From Candidatus Heimdallarchaeota archaeon (lineage in GTDB: Archaea; Asgardarchaeota; Heimdallarchaeia; JABLTI01), in assembly GCA_030614005.1 (NCBI GenBank), contig JAUWKS010000038.1:1-31334 (forward strand): 31,334 nt of DNA. Direction: 5' to 3'. Numbering within the stretch: position 1 is the stretch's first letter; the number at the start of each line of letters is the position of its first letter. The notes below the pieces were generated by a model that saw only the letters and a program-made list of their open reading frames with translations, was not told the origin of the DNA and searched no databases. Positions 19,224 to 27,851 of this stretch are shown here, piece by piece. Position numbers and translations under genes: made by a program.

Positions 19224-20324
19224 TTGACCTCGAAAGACGATATTCGACAATTTTTATTAGATAAGAAAGAATCAGAGATACTTGAATTAATAAAGAGTGA
19301 TAAGACGAATGTTCAAAATTTCTTAATGGACATTGCAAAAAAAGATTCAGAATGGAAGTTCCGTAGGGATGCTGTGAAAATTTTAGGAAAAGCAGAAATT
19401 ACTGAATCAATAGAATTATTGAAAAGAATATTATTGAAAGATCATCTAACCGTAATGAGAAAAACTGCAGCAAAAGCTTTGGGATGTATTGGTGATGAAA
19501 AGGGTGTATCTCCTTTACTTACAGCTTTGCAAACATCAAAAGATCCTGCAATAATTACCGAAGTTTCATGTGCACTAGGCGCACTCAAAGCTACTGATGC
19601 AGTAATTACTTTGGTAGGTATGTTACAATTAAATCCTGATGGTGAAATAAGAGAGCATGCAGCAGAAGCATTGGGTTTAATCGGTGATCCAAAAGGTATT
19701 GACATCTTGCTTGAAGCTTTAAATAATGATAAAGAGGATTGGGTCCGAGGACGAGCAGCAGAAGCTCTGGGTTTAATTGGTGATACAAAGGTCGTACCAG
19801 ATTTAGTCAAAGCACTTGAAGATGACAAAGGAATCGGAGTATCAGTTCGAGTTGCAACTGCTTTAGGTAGATTAAAAGATAAAAGTGCAATTGAACCGTT
19901 GAAAGTTTATCTACAAAAAGGACAAAAGGTTGAAACTCGCAGAGCAATAGTTTATGCTTTAGGAGAAATAGGTGATAAGAAAGCTGCTGATGTTTTTCTT
20001 AATTTATTAGAAAATGATGAAGATGCAACAATACGATATTGGGCTTGTATTTCTCTTGGATTTATGCAATACAAACGAGCTGCAAAAGTACTTGAGAAGA
20101 TTCTTCTAGAAGATGAAAGCGTTCGAGTAAGGCGTACTGCGGCACTCTCTCTTGGGCAATTAGAACTCAAAACGAAGAAAGCCATTAGTACACTCGTTAC
20201 TGCTTCGAAAGAAGATAGTGATGAAGAAGTTCGAGGAAAAGCAAAAGAAACTATTAAGAAACTAGCAAAAATACATGGTTACAAAAATCAAACCGAGATG
20301 TTAAAGGATTTGGGCATAAAATAA
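19224..20324 (+). CDS. HEAT (PBS lyase-type) repeat protein
   Basis: About 10 repeats of the type VRxxAAxALGxIGDxxAVxxLxxAL; TTG start with AGGAGG at 19209-19214. Confidence 0.9.
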   Translation: MTSKDDIRQFLLDKKESEILELIKSDKTNVQNFLMDIAKKDSEWKFRRDAVKILGKAEITESIELLKRILLKDHLTVMRKTAAKALGCIGDEKGVSPLLTALQTSKDPAIITEVSCALGALKATDAVITLVGMLQLNPDGEIREHAAEALGLIGDPKGIDILLEALNNDKEDWVRGRAAEALGLIGDTKVVPDLVKALEDDKGIGVSVRVATALGRLKDKSAIEPLKVYLQKGQKVETRRAIVYALGEIGDKKAADVFLNLLENDEDATIRYWACISLGFMQYKRAAKVLEKILLEDESVRVRRTAALSLGQLELKTKKAISTLVTASKEDSDEEVRGKAKETIKKLAKIHGYKNQTEMLKDLGIK

Positions 20325-20423
20325 TAATTATTTTTTATTTGCCCATCTTTTTTCCCTTTTTTTTATACTTGACATTTCAAAATAGCAGAAATAGATAAAA
20401 ATTAATTTATTATTTAACGGATT

Positions 20424-21863
20424 ATGAATGTTCAAGAGCTATCCATAACTTCAGTAGGTATTGATGTAGGTACATCTACTTCACACGTGGTTTTTTCTCG
20501 ATTACAACTAGTTAGACAAATGAGTCGTTCGTCAAAAAAATTTGAAATAGTAAATCGGGAGATTATTTACAAAGGAAATATTTTTCTAACTCCATTGGTT
20601 GACAAAGAGACAATTGATTTTGAAAAATTATCAATAATCCTTAATGGTGAATTTGAAAAAGCTGGAATAGAAAAAGATGAAATTGATACTGGAGCAGTAA
20701 TTGTTACAGGTGAAACTGCTAAAAAGAAAAATGCAGAAAAAATCGTTGGTTTATTAGCTGCAGAAGCAGGTAAATTTGTTGCTGCTACTGCAGGACCGAA
20801 TTTCGAGTCAGTGATTGCTGCAATGGGATCAGGTGCAACAATACGCGCGAAAGAATTAAAGAAAACCATAATGAATATCGACACTGGAGGGGGAACATCA
20901 AACATAGCTGTTATTTCTCCTAATGGAGAAATAATCGATACTGCGTGTATCAACGTTGGTGGAAGATTATTAGTAACAAAAGGTTCCGAAAATATATTAG
21001 AAAAATTCGAAGATGCAGCAAAGATTATTGCCGATAATTTAGAAATTGAATTAGTTGTGGGTAAACCAATTTCTCAAAAAGACAAAGAACGCATAGCTAA
21101 AGGATTAGTAGAAGCTCTTGTAGAAGTTATTACAAAGAAAGAACACATTTCTGAAACAACTATGAAATTAATGATGACGCCTCTGCTAACTTTTGATGGC
21201 AAAGTTGATTATTTTACCTATTCCGGTGGGGTAGCAGAATACGTCTTTGAAAAAACGGATGAATATTTTGATGATATTGGACGTGAAGTTGCTCGAGAGA
21301 TTAAGAAACAACATCAGAACGCCAAATTAAAATTACTCGAACCTCCCGAGCTAATACGTGCTACAGTTATTGGTGCAGGGCAATATTCATTGCAAGTAAG
21401 TGGTGCTACTACATTAGTAACTGAAGATAATGAATTTCCAATAAGAAATATTCCAGTTATTGTTCCTTATCTTCCACAAGATAATCCAACACCAGAACAA
21501 GTCAAAAATGCAATTGATGTTGCTTACAAACGGATAGATATGACGGAAGGAGAAGCACCTGTTGCTTTGTCATTCCATAAAACAATTGGATTATCTTATG
21601 AACGCTTAAAATCATTTGCCATGAGCATAGTAAATGCTGTTCCAACAATTGTAAAAAACAAGTCACCATTAATTTTAGTGTTCTCCGATGATATCGGTAA
21701 TAGCGTTGGCAATGTTATGAAACGTGAAACAGAGTTGAAAACCAATATTATTTCAATTGATGAGCTCAATTTACGTGAAGGGGATTACATCGATATCGGT
21801 GAACCAATGGCAAATAAACAGGTTGTACCAGTAGTTGTTAAGACGCTTATTTTTCAGAATTAA
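20424..21863 (+). CDS. eutA: Ethanolamine ammonia-lyase reactivase EutA-like ASKHA ATPase
   Basis: SVGIDVGTSTSHVVFSRL, TGAVIVTGETAKKKNA, FVAATAGPNFESVIAAMGSGA, IDTGGGTSNIA, IRATVIGAG and VVPVVVKTLIF. Confidence 0.9.
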   Translation: MNVQELSITSVGIDVGTSTSHVVFSRLQLVRQMSRSSKKFEIVNREIIYKGNIFLTPLVDKETIDFEKLSIILNGEFEKAGIEKDEIDTGAVIVTGETAKKKNAEKIVGLLAAEAGKFVAATAGPNFESVIAAMGSGATIRAKELKKTIMNIDTGGGTSNIAVISPNGEIIDTACINVGGRLLVTKGSENILEKFEDAAKIIADNLEIELVVGKPISQKDKERIAKGLVEALVEVITKKEHISETTMKLMMTPLLTFDGKVDYFTYSGGVAEYVFEKTDEYFDDIGREVAREIKKQHQNAKLKLLEPPELIRATVIGAGQYSLQVSGATTLVTEDNEFPIRNIPVIVPYLPQDNPTPEQVKNAIDVAYKRIDMTEGEAPVALSFHKTIGLSYERLKSFAMSIVNAVPTIVKNKSPLILVFSDDIGNSVGNVMKRETELKTNIISIDELNLREGDYIDIGEPMANKQVVPVVVKTLIFQN

Positions 21864-22099
21864 TTAAGCGTCAAATCATTTTTTCGATAATGGTCAATAA
21901 ATCAACCTTTAAATATAACCTTTCCCCGATGAATAAACGGAGAGATTTTCCATAAAGAACTAAAAACGGAAAATAGTATGCTCTAGCAGTAGTTTTTAAA
22001 TCAAAATTTCTCTTTGATATTGAAGCACGATAATAAACTTCAGAGAAATATCAAAACAAGGTGAACGTCTCAATAAAGAAATAATATGGAATACTTTCC

Positions 22100-22390
22100 A
22101 TGAATCGAGGTAAAATTATGAAAGATAATCTAATAAAACTTACTCAAGAATTATCCAAAGCTGGTTATGCAATTGTTGGTTTGGAAGTAGAATCAACTGA
22201 ACTAGTTAGAATTAAATTTCAGGGATTGGATGGATTCGAATTAGTTGTTAATAAAAGTCATGCAAAAATTATCGAAGGTGATTGTTCTCCTAAAGTAATC
22301 AAATTGATTACTAAAATCGTCCAATCGCGTTACAAAATAAACGATAATCTTGAACCTGATATTTTTAGCAATCTATTGAATGCTTCTTGA
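22100..22390 (+). CDS. Hypothetical protein (start may be ATG 22118)
   Basis: 96-aa ORF in an otherwise empty gap; no motif recognised. Confidence 0.6.
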   Translation: MNRGKIMKDNLIKLTQELSKAGYAIVGLEVESTELVRIKFQGLDGFELVVNKSHAKIIEGDCSPKVIKLITKIVQSRYKINDNLEPDIFSNLLNAS

Positions 22391-22407
22391 AAAATGAAAA
22401 AGGAACT

Positions 22408-22436
22408 TTAAAGGCATTAAAGTAAATTGCCTTTAA
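22408..22436. terminator. Hairpin between convergent genes, possible bidirectional terminator
   Basis: ttaaaggca (22408-22416) and tgcctttaa (22428-22436): 9-bp stem, 11-nt loop. Confidence 0.45.
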
Positions 22437-22639
22437 GATCCTGCAATTCTTTTTATCTTACAGTAGTCATCAGTACAGCTATAACAAGAAGTTCCTTTAT
22501 ATTTTTGCGAACAATAAGTTACTGCATTTCTAATTTTACACCAATCAATAGCACAATCTGTACAAAAAGTCACTTTTGGTGTTTTCACTGCTGATCTCCG
22601 TCTCATTAAGATTTTTTCTTGAGTATCTAAAACAGTCAA
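22433..22639 (-). CDS. Cys-rich microprotein, paralog 1
   Basis: TTG start with GGTGA SD; shares a six-Cys motif with the neighbouring ORF. Confidence 0.8.
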   Translation of the reverse strand: MTVLDTQEKILMRRRSAVKTPKVTFCTDCAIDWCKIRNAVTYCSQKYKGTSCYSCTDDYCKIKRIAGS

Positions 22640-22763
22640 TTTTTCACCAATCCTTTGATCTTATCACCTTGCTATCAATAAAGTGATGAAAATTCGCTTT
22701 TTAACTTGCTAATATCTTGAGAATATTGGCATAATACCCAAAAGTGAACATTTGGTATTAAAA

Positions 22764-22955
22764 TTAGCCTAATTTTGTTGGACAGTGGCCATTTTCACAA
22801 AAAAAGCTGCGAACACCACGATATTTTAGACTGCAATAAACTATCTTTCCTCTGTTCAAACACCATGAAATCATACAATCTGTACAATAACCAATTTGCT
22901 CTTCAAGAATAGCAATTTTTTTTGTTACTGCTTTTTCTTTTGGTTCCGATGCCAA
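22764..22955 (-). CDS. Cys-rich microprotein, paralog 2
   Basis: TTG start; CTDCxIxWCxxRx4YCSxKYxGx5Cx4C is conserved with paralog 1. Confidence 0.8.
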   Translation of the reverse strand: MASEPKEKAVTKKIAILEEQIGYCTDCMISWCLNRGKIVYCSLKYRGVRSFFCENGHCPTKLG

Positions 22956-23063
22956 TTGTAAGTTCCAATCCTTTAACTATCTACTTTGATTTATCACAGT
23001 TTTCTTCTTTCTAATTATTACATTCGTATTTTCAGTAATTAAGACAGCGAATTGTTAGTTTGG

Positions 23064-24212
23064 TCATTTCTCAGCAACTGAAATTGGTTTTTTAAGGAAA
23101 TCATTGAAGGATTTATTTGATTGTTTCTCTAAGAATTTCTCTGGCAGTTTTCTGAATTCTTCTTGATGGTTCTCTGATAATTGTAAATAATGTTCTAAAT
23201 TCAATTCAAGAACAAGCAAACCAAACATTAGTGTGCTAACGTTTTTCGATACATATAGGTCACGATGATTCCAAAGATCATTTGTCCCTAAATCAGTATC
23301 ACATATATTTTCAGCCCCAGGGAGTATTACATCATCTGCTTCTACAACGCCATCGTTTAGAGCTTTCTTTTGATAAATTGTTTTAGTGAACCATTGTCGT
23401 TTCGTGCCTCTAATTGTCATCCACCGAATAGTTCCTGGAGTGAGTGGATGAGAATTTAGTTCTTCAATGAACTCATTTTTCGGCGATATTTTCTTATTAA
23501 ACAATGCCCTGATTTTTCCATAGACTGCTTGGTTTCCGACACTTATCTGAAGAAATTGATTACTTTGTGAAAAATTATTCTTTCCGTATAATAATCGTAA
23601 AATACGTTGAATAAGTGGGGATTGCAAACGATCAATAATTTTGCATCCTTTATTTGGTGTAGCGACTAGTAAAATATTTTTTATTCGCAGAGTTCCCGAT
23701 TTTTTGGTAGGGAGAAGGTTATTGCCCTTCATTTTATCTTGAATGAATTTCCTAACAATTAATCCACCCATACTGGCGCCTAAGAAATCTATTTCGCCAT
23801 TTTCTAGAAACTCCCATGAATCTCGATTTGTATTAATACTTTTGAATAATTCTTCTGCTAACTCTGGAATGCTATGTTTAAAATTACATCTGCCATCTTT
23901 TTGAGAATAGATATCAAATAAATAGATTCTTTTGTACCCTAGGGGGTTTGTCTTAGGATCAAATTTCAATGCATCAATATAGTATAAATGATGCCCAATT
24001 CTGGGTGGGTTATCGACAGAATAACCCGGAATAATAATTAGTGTTCTTTCATTGCCTTTCAGCGTGTGTTTTTTAGATTTGAAGACTTCTAGATATCTTT
24101 TTGTTAGAATTTCAGACGGATTTTGATCTGAGAGATTTGTTTCTCTTTTAATTGAAAAGATACGATCTAGCACTTTATTCATAGCAAAACCTGCTGAGTA
24201 ATCCTCAAGCAT
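23064..24212 (-). CDS. Alpha/beta hydrolase (lipase/esterase, PGAP1-like)
   Basis: IIIPGY oxyanion region, GASMGG nucleophile elbow, LVATPNKG, NDGVV (Asp), WNH (His). Confidence 0.85.
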   Translation of the reverse strand: MLEDYSAGFAMNKVLDRIFSIKRETNLSDQNPSEILTKRYLEVFKSKKHTLKGNERTLIIIPGYSVDNPPRIGHHLYYIDALKFDPKTNPLGYKRIYLFDIYSQKDGRCNFKHSIPELAEELFKSINTNRDSWEFLENGEIDFLGASMGGLIVRKFIQDKMKGNNLLPTKKSGTLRIKNILLVATPNKGCKIIDRLQSPLIQRILRLLYGKNNFSQSNQFLQISVGNQAVYGKIRALFNKKISPKNEFIEELNSHPLTPGTIRWMTIRGTKRQWFTKTIYQKKALNDGVVEADDVILPGAENICDTDLGTNDLWNHRDLYVSKNVSTLMFGLLVLELNLEHYLQLSENHQEEFRKLPEKFLEKQSNKSFNDFLKKPISVAEK

Positions 24213-24262
24213 TCACTGGTGAAATTTTGCTTTTAAATGTCTAAAGGGCGTATTGAAAGTCG

Positions 24263-25039
24263 TCAGTTGATTATCGTGAAATCATTTTCCTCAAGAAATA
24301 GTAATAATTTCTTTTTTGATTTCAGATTTTGTTTTTTGAACGATTCTTGATATTCTGAACGGTTAATATATTTCAAAATATTTTGTGTTTTTTCTTTTAC
24401 TTTATTCTCAACTGTTTTTGATTGATAATAATAGATTTTCTTATCTTTTTCATGGATAATGAAAATTAAGTCTCCATCTATTGTTACTTTTTTTTCTTCA
24501 AATTCCACTGTTATTCCATTTTCTACTTTGAAAACTCTCACTCTTGGTTTAATCTTTAATTTAAAGACCAAATCTTCGTATATCAATTGTAATGTATTTA
24601 ACTGCAGAGTTTCTTCTGTTTTGAGAAAACTTTGTTGATAAACATTCAATAAAGATTCAATCATTGAGAAAACATTTGCAATTAGATGAAACATTTCTTT
24701 TTTGAAAATAATGAATATCGCACAAAAAAGTCCGTTCTCAATAATCTCACTATCGGTGCTCGTAGTGGCTTCTATATTGAAGATATAAATCAGTGCTTGG
24801 TATTTCGAATTGTATTGGACTGGCAATGGACCGAATAATCCTTTAATATTTTCTTCACCCAAGCCAACAGCTGTTATTCCTTGAATAGCAGTGGCAAGCG
24901 CTTCTCTGTCATTCAACGTACTTGCATTTATTCTCAATTGAGGTCCTGAATCATCTATAATAGCAAATAAAATACCATTAAAAATCGAATCATCTAATTC
25001 TTGTTCCAGAGATTCAGTTGTCATTTTTGTTTCCACCAT
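24263..25039 (-). CDS. uDENN/longin-like N-terminal domain fused to a gelsolin-like C-terminal domain
   Basis: ILFAIIDDSGP...LFGPLPV...ALIYIF...D..I...G..CAIFIIF, followed by VFKVENG...DLIFIIHEKDKKIYYY...ILKYIN. Recognised by eye only. Confidence 0.55.
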   Translation of the reverse strand: MVETKMTTESLEQELDDSIFNGILFAIIDDSGPQLRINASTLNDREALATAIQGITAVGLGEENIKGLFGPLPVQYNSKYQALIYIFNIEATTSTDSEIIENGLFCAIFIIFKKEMFHLIANVFSMIESLLNVYQQSFLKTEETLQLNTLQLIYEDLVFKLKIKPRVRVFKVENGITVEFEEKKVTIDGDLIFIIHEKDKKIYYYQSKTVENKVKEKTQNILKYINRSEYQESFKKQNLKSKKKLLLFLEENDFTIIN

Positions 25040-25198
25040 TTACAATTAAGAATTCAAGTTCTCTTACATATTCCTTGAATTCAGTGATACCTCAAAAACC
25101 TTTCTAAAGTTGATATGCTTTATTTTGAAAAACAGATTATAAAAAAATTAATAGTTAGCTTTTGTTTAATAGAAAGAAGAACTAGAGGATATTAAGCA

Positions 25199-26716
25199 AT
25201 GACCAATATTACAGAAGAAATCAGTACGGAAGGAAAACCAGTTCGAACTGTAAACGAGCTCGAAGATTTTTCAACGAAAAAACATAACACATTCATATCT
25301 AATTTCACTAAAAGAAATTGGTCAGCTTACAGCTTGGATTTTGCAGTTGTATTGGTTTTAGTGGTATTAGCCTTGTTTATACGTATTCTCTTATCTTACA
25401 CTTTTCGTGAACAGCATGGTTATGGCTCAGATATAATCTGGAATCGATGGTTACACTTTGACATCTTTAATCCTGAATTGAATCAATATGTACAAATTCG
25501 TGGTTTTGCTGATTTTGGTTATTATTATCGTACTTGGATTGAAGGATGGTATAATGGTACCTGGTATCCTTACCAATGGAATGAGGATCCAGGAGTATTA
25601 GATTTCTATTCTTACCCACCTGTATTCATTTATTTCTTAGTATTAACATGGCGACCTGGAATGAGCAACTTGTGGATGGCTATGCCAATGATTTTTGCTG
25701 ATGCTGCCTGTGCTGGTGTTGTCTACCTAATATTAAAGGAGCTATTCAAAGAAAAGAAAGGTCGAGCAATTGGACTTGTTGGAGGAATTCTTATGATGAT
25801 TGCTCCGATAAATATAATCTATGATGGTATTTACTGGCTCAATCCTGGACCAGTTACGTTGATTACAATGATTGCTTTTTATTTTGCTACTAAGAAGAAA
25901 TGGTGGCAAGCATTCTTTTGGTTAGCAATTGCCACTATGACTAAACAAAACGCATTATTTTTCACTTATCCATTGTTTATGGCTATGTTAGGTGAGAAGG
26001 TTAAGAATAAAAAACTAAAAGATGCGATTGTCGAAAGCATAATGAACGCGTTATTATTTGTAGGTGTAGGTCTCTTACTTTCCGTTCCCTGGATTTTTAT
26101 TAGCCCCTATCAATACGTCCGGCACATGCTTTTCCCAGGTAGACCTATGGAACTAAGATTTACGTCTATACACCCTGCAACGAATGACTGCGTATCTTTT
26201 GCGAAATCTTTACAGGAATTAGGTTTTCCGAATTGGATCATAGCTATAACATCATTTGGTAATTATTCTATGCTATGGATGATTCTCTCAGCAAGTATAA
26301 TTGCAGTATTAATGTTATGGAGATCTTTTTGTGGAAAAATGGATGGCGTTGAATTTTATGAGTGGATAGCAATCTATATGATTTTTAGCCATATATTCAT
26401 GCCTCGAGGCGTTTACAAATTCTATACGGCTTATTTTACTCCAGTAATTTTGATTGCCTTACTAGGGTCACTTGCAAAACTTACAGAGAAAAAAGAATTA
26501 TTACCAATTGGCTTAGTTATTGGGAGCGCACTATTTTTAGGTTTTAATATTTGGTTAATTGTAATACCTAGGTTTCCCGTTCCCTTCTTATTATTCATGA
26601 CTGCTGTGGTTATTGCATTAATTCTATGGTTTAGAGCACATTTAAGAAATCTTGTAATAAGGAAAGCGAATTTATTTAGAATAGCTTCCAATCTTGATAA
26701 AAAAATTGGTCAATAA
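25199..26716 (+). CDS. GT-C fold membrane glycosyltransferase (GT87/DUF2029-like)
   Basis: Polytopic; ADFGYYY, YSYPPVF, IFADAAC, APINIIYDGIYW and ATMTKQ fit Dol-P-sugar-dependent transferase patterns. Confidence 0.7.
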   Translation: MTNITEEISTEGKPVRTVNELEDFSTKKHNTFISNFTKRNWSAYSLDFAVVLVLVVLALFIRILLSYTFREQHGYGSDIIWNRWLHFDIFNPELNQYVQIRGFADFGYYYRTWIEGWYNGTWYPYQWNEDPGVLDFYSYPPVFIYFLVLTWRPGMSNLWMAMPMIFADAACAGVVYLILKELFKEKKGRAIGLVGGILMMIAPINIIYDGIYWLNPGPVTLITMIAFYFATKKKWWQAFFWLAIATMTKQNALFFTYPLFMAMLGEKVKNKKLKDAIVESIMNALLFVGVGLLLSVPWIFISPYQYVRHMLFPGRPMELRFTSIHPATNDCVSFAKSLQELGFPNWIIAITSFGNYSMLWMILSASIIAVLMLWRSFCGKMDGVEFYEWIAIYMIFSHIFMPRGVYKFYTAYFTPVILIALLGSLAKLTEKKELLPIGLVIGSALFLGFNIWLIVIPRFPVPFLLFMTAVVIALILWFRAHLRNLVIRKANLFRIASNLDKKIGQ

Positions 26717-26729
26717 AAAAAGAAGAATC

Positions 26730-27290
26730 TTACCTGATGTTTTGTAACATTTTGAAGGTTCTTTTTTCTTCTTCTTCATTTGCAAAAATTTTCAGCTCTC
26801 TACCAATTGCTATTGCAAAACTAACTATTGCTTCCATTTTGGCAGTAATTAGGTTCCCATCAATAACTACATCTTCATTTACTAGTGTGCCTGTTGTAAA
26901 GGGCTTCATCCAATTTTCTGGTAATTTATGATCCCCGCCAACAACAAATCGTTTATTTTCTAAAATATTTGTATTTGCAAAAAGAACAGGTCCACCGCAA
27001 ACACTAGCAATAATTTTCCCCTTATCATTAAGCTGATTCAATTTCTCTTGTAAAGGAGATCCATCTTTTAAGTGTTTTAATGCAGAACCACCTGGAATAA
27101 TAAATGCATCAACATTATCAACATCCAAATCAGTAATCAAAATATCTGTCATATATTTCAAACTCTCTTTACTTGTAATTGGACCCTTTTCCAAACCAAC
27201 TGTTACAAGATTAGTGTTTCGCAAAACAAATGCAGGAAATGATAGCTCAAAACCTGAAAAACTATCCTATAAAAGAAAATAGGTATTCAA
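26730..27290 (-). pseudogene. DJ-1/PfpI-family protein with an in-frame TAG at codon 8 (nonsense mutation, sequencing error or readthrough)
   Basis: GGTGAG SD (27296-27301), TTG at 27290, then MNTYFLL*DSFSGFELSFPAFVLR in frame with the track ORF. Downstream motifs are DAFIIPGG, ASVCGGP and VVIDGNLITA. Confidence 0.75.
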
Positions 27291-27429
27291 AATATCTCAC
27301 CAATACTAACTGAAAAAGGAGAAATTACGTATATACTTTTTTGTAACTATCTAAATAAACCAAGTTATTAATAGTACAATTTTTAACCTAAGAAATATCT
27401 AAATTGAATATAGAAACCTATCATTAGCA

Positions 27430-27837
27430 TTGGAGCAATCAAATGTGTCAGAAAATACTTCAGCTGAAGAAAAACATTTACTCGCAGTTTACGGCACGTT
27501 AAAAGAAAATTTTCCAAATTACTTTTACTATTTGAATCCCCTTGTACCAATATTCCGTGGAGCAATACAAATTCCATATGAGATGTATTCAAATGGTGGG
27601 TTTCCTCTTCTATTCTCTTCAGAAGGGCTTAAGAAAATCTATGTCGAAATATTCGAGGTTACAGATAGAATTCTCCAAAAAATCGATAGATTAGAAGGTG
27701 TTCCCCATTTGTATTCTCGAGCAACAATTTGGATAGATGAAGTTAGTGCTAGTGTATTTCTTTATGTTGTTGCTAACAGAGAACCCACTGGTGAATTAAT
27801 TGAAGATGGTATCTTTCGAAGAAAAGAAAATGACTAG
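27430..27837 (+). CDS. Gamma-glutamylcyclotransferase/AIG2-like protein
   Basis: LAVYGTLK, GGFPLL, IYVEIFEV and IDRLEG motifs. Confidence 0.9.
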   Translation: MEQSNVSENTSAEEKHLLAVYGTLKENFPNYFYYLNPLVPIFRGAIQIPYEMYSNGGFPLLFSSEGLKKIYVEIFEVTDRILQKIDRLEGVPHLYSRATIWIDEVSASVFLYVVANREPTGELIEDGIFRRKEND

Positions 27838-27851
27838 TTTTTCTGCAATAA

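Noticed and set aside
19141-19227. Start-less 28-codon frame KANKRIRQKRRLTVLYVFGILLLGGLLT* whose TGA overlaps the HEAT gene's TTG
   Set aside because: It resembles a decayed membrane anchor, but has three stops just upstream, no start codon and is too short to distinguish from chance.
22433-22955. SCIFF/ranthipeptide or other RiPP cluster
   Set aside because: No radical SAM, YcaO, LanM-type enzyme or peptide exporter nearby, and the motif does not match SCIFF as I recall it.
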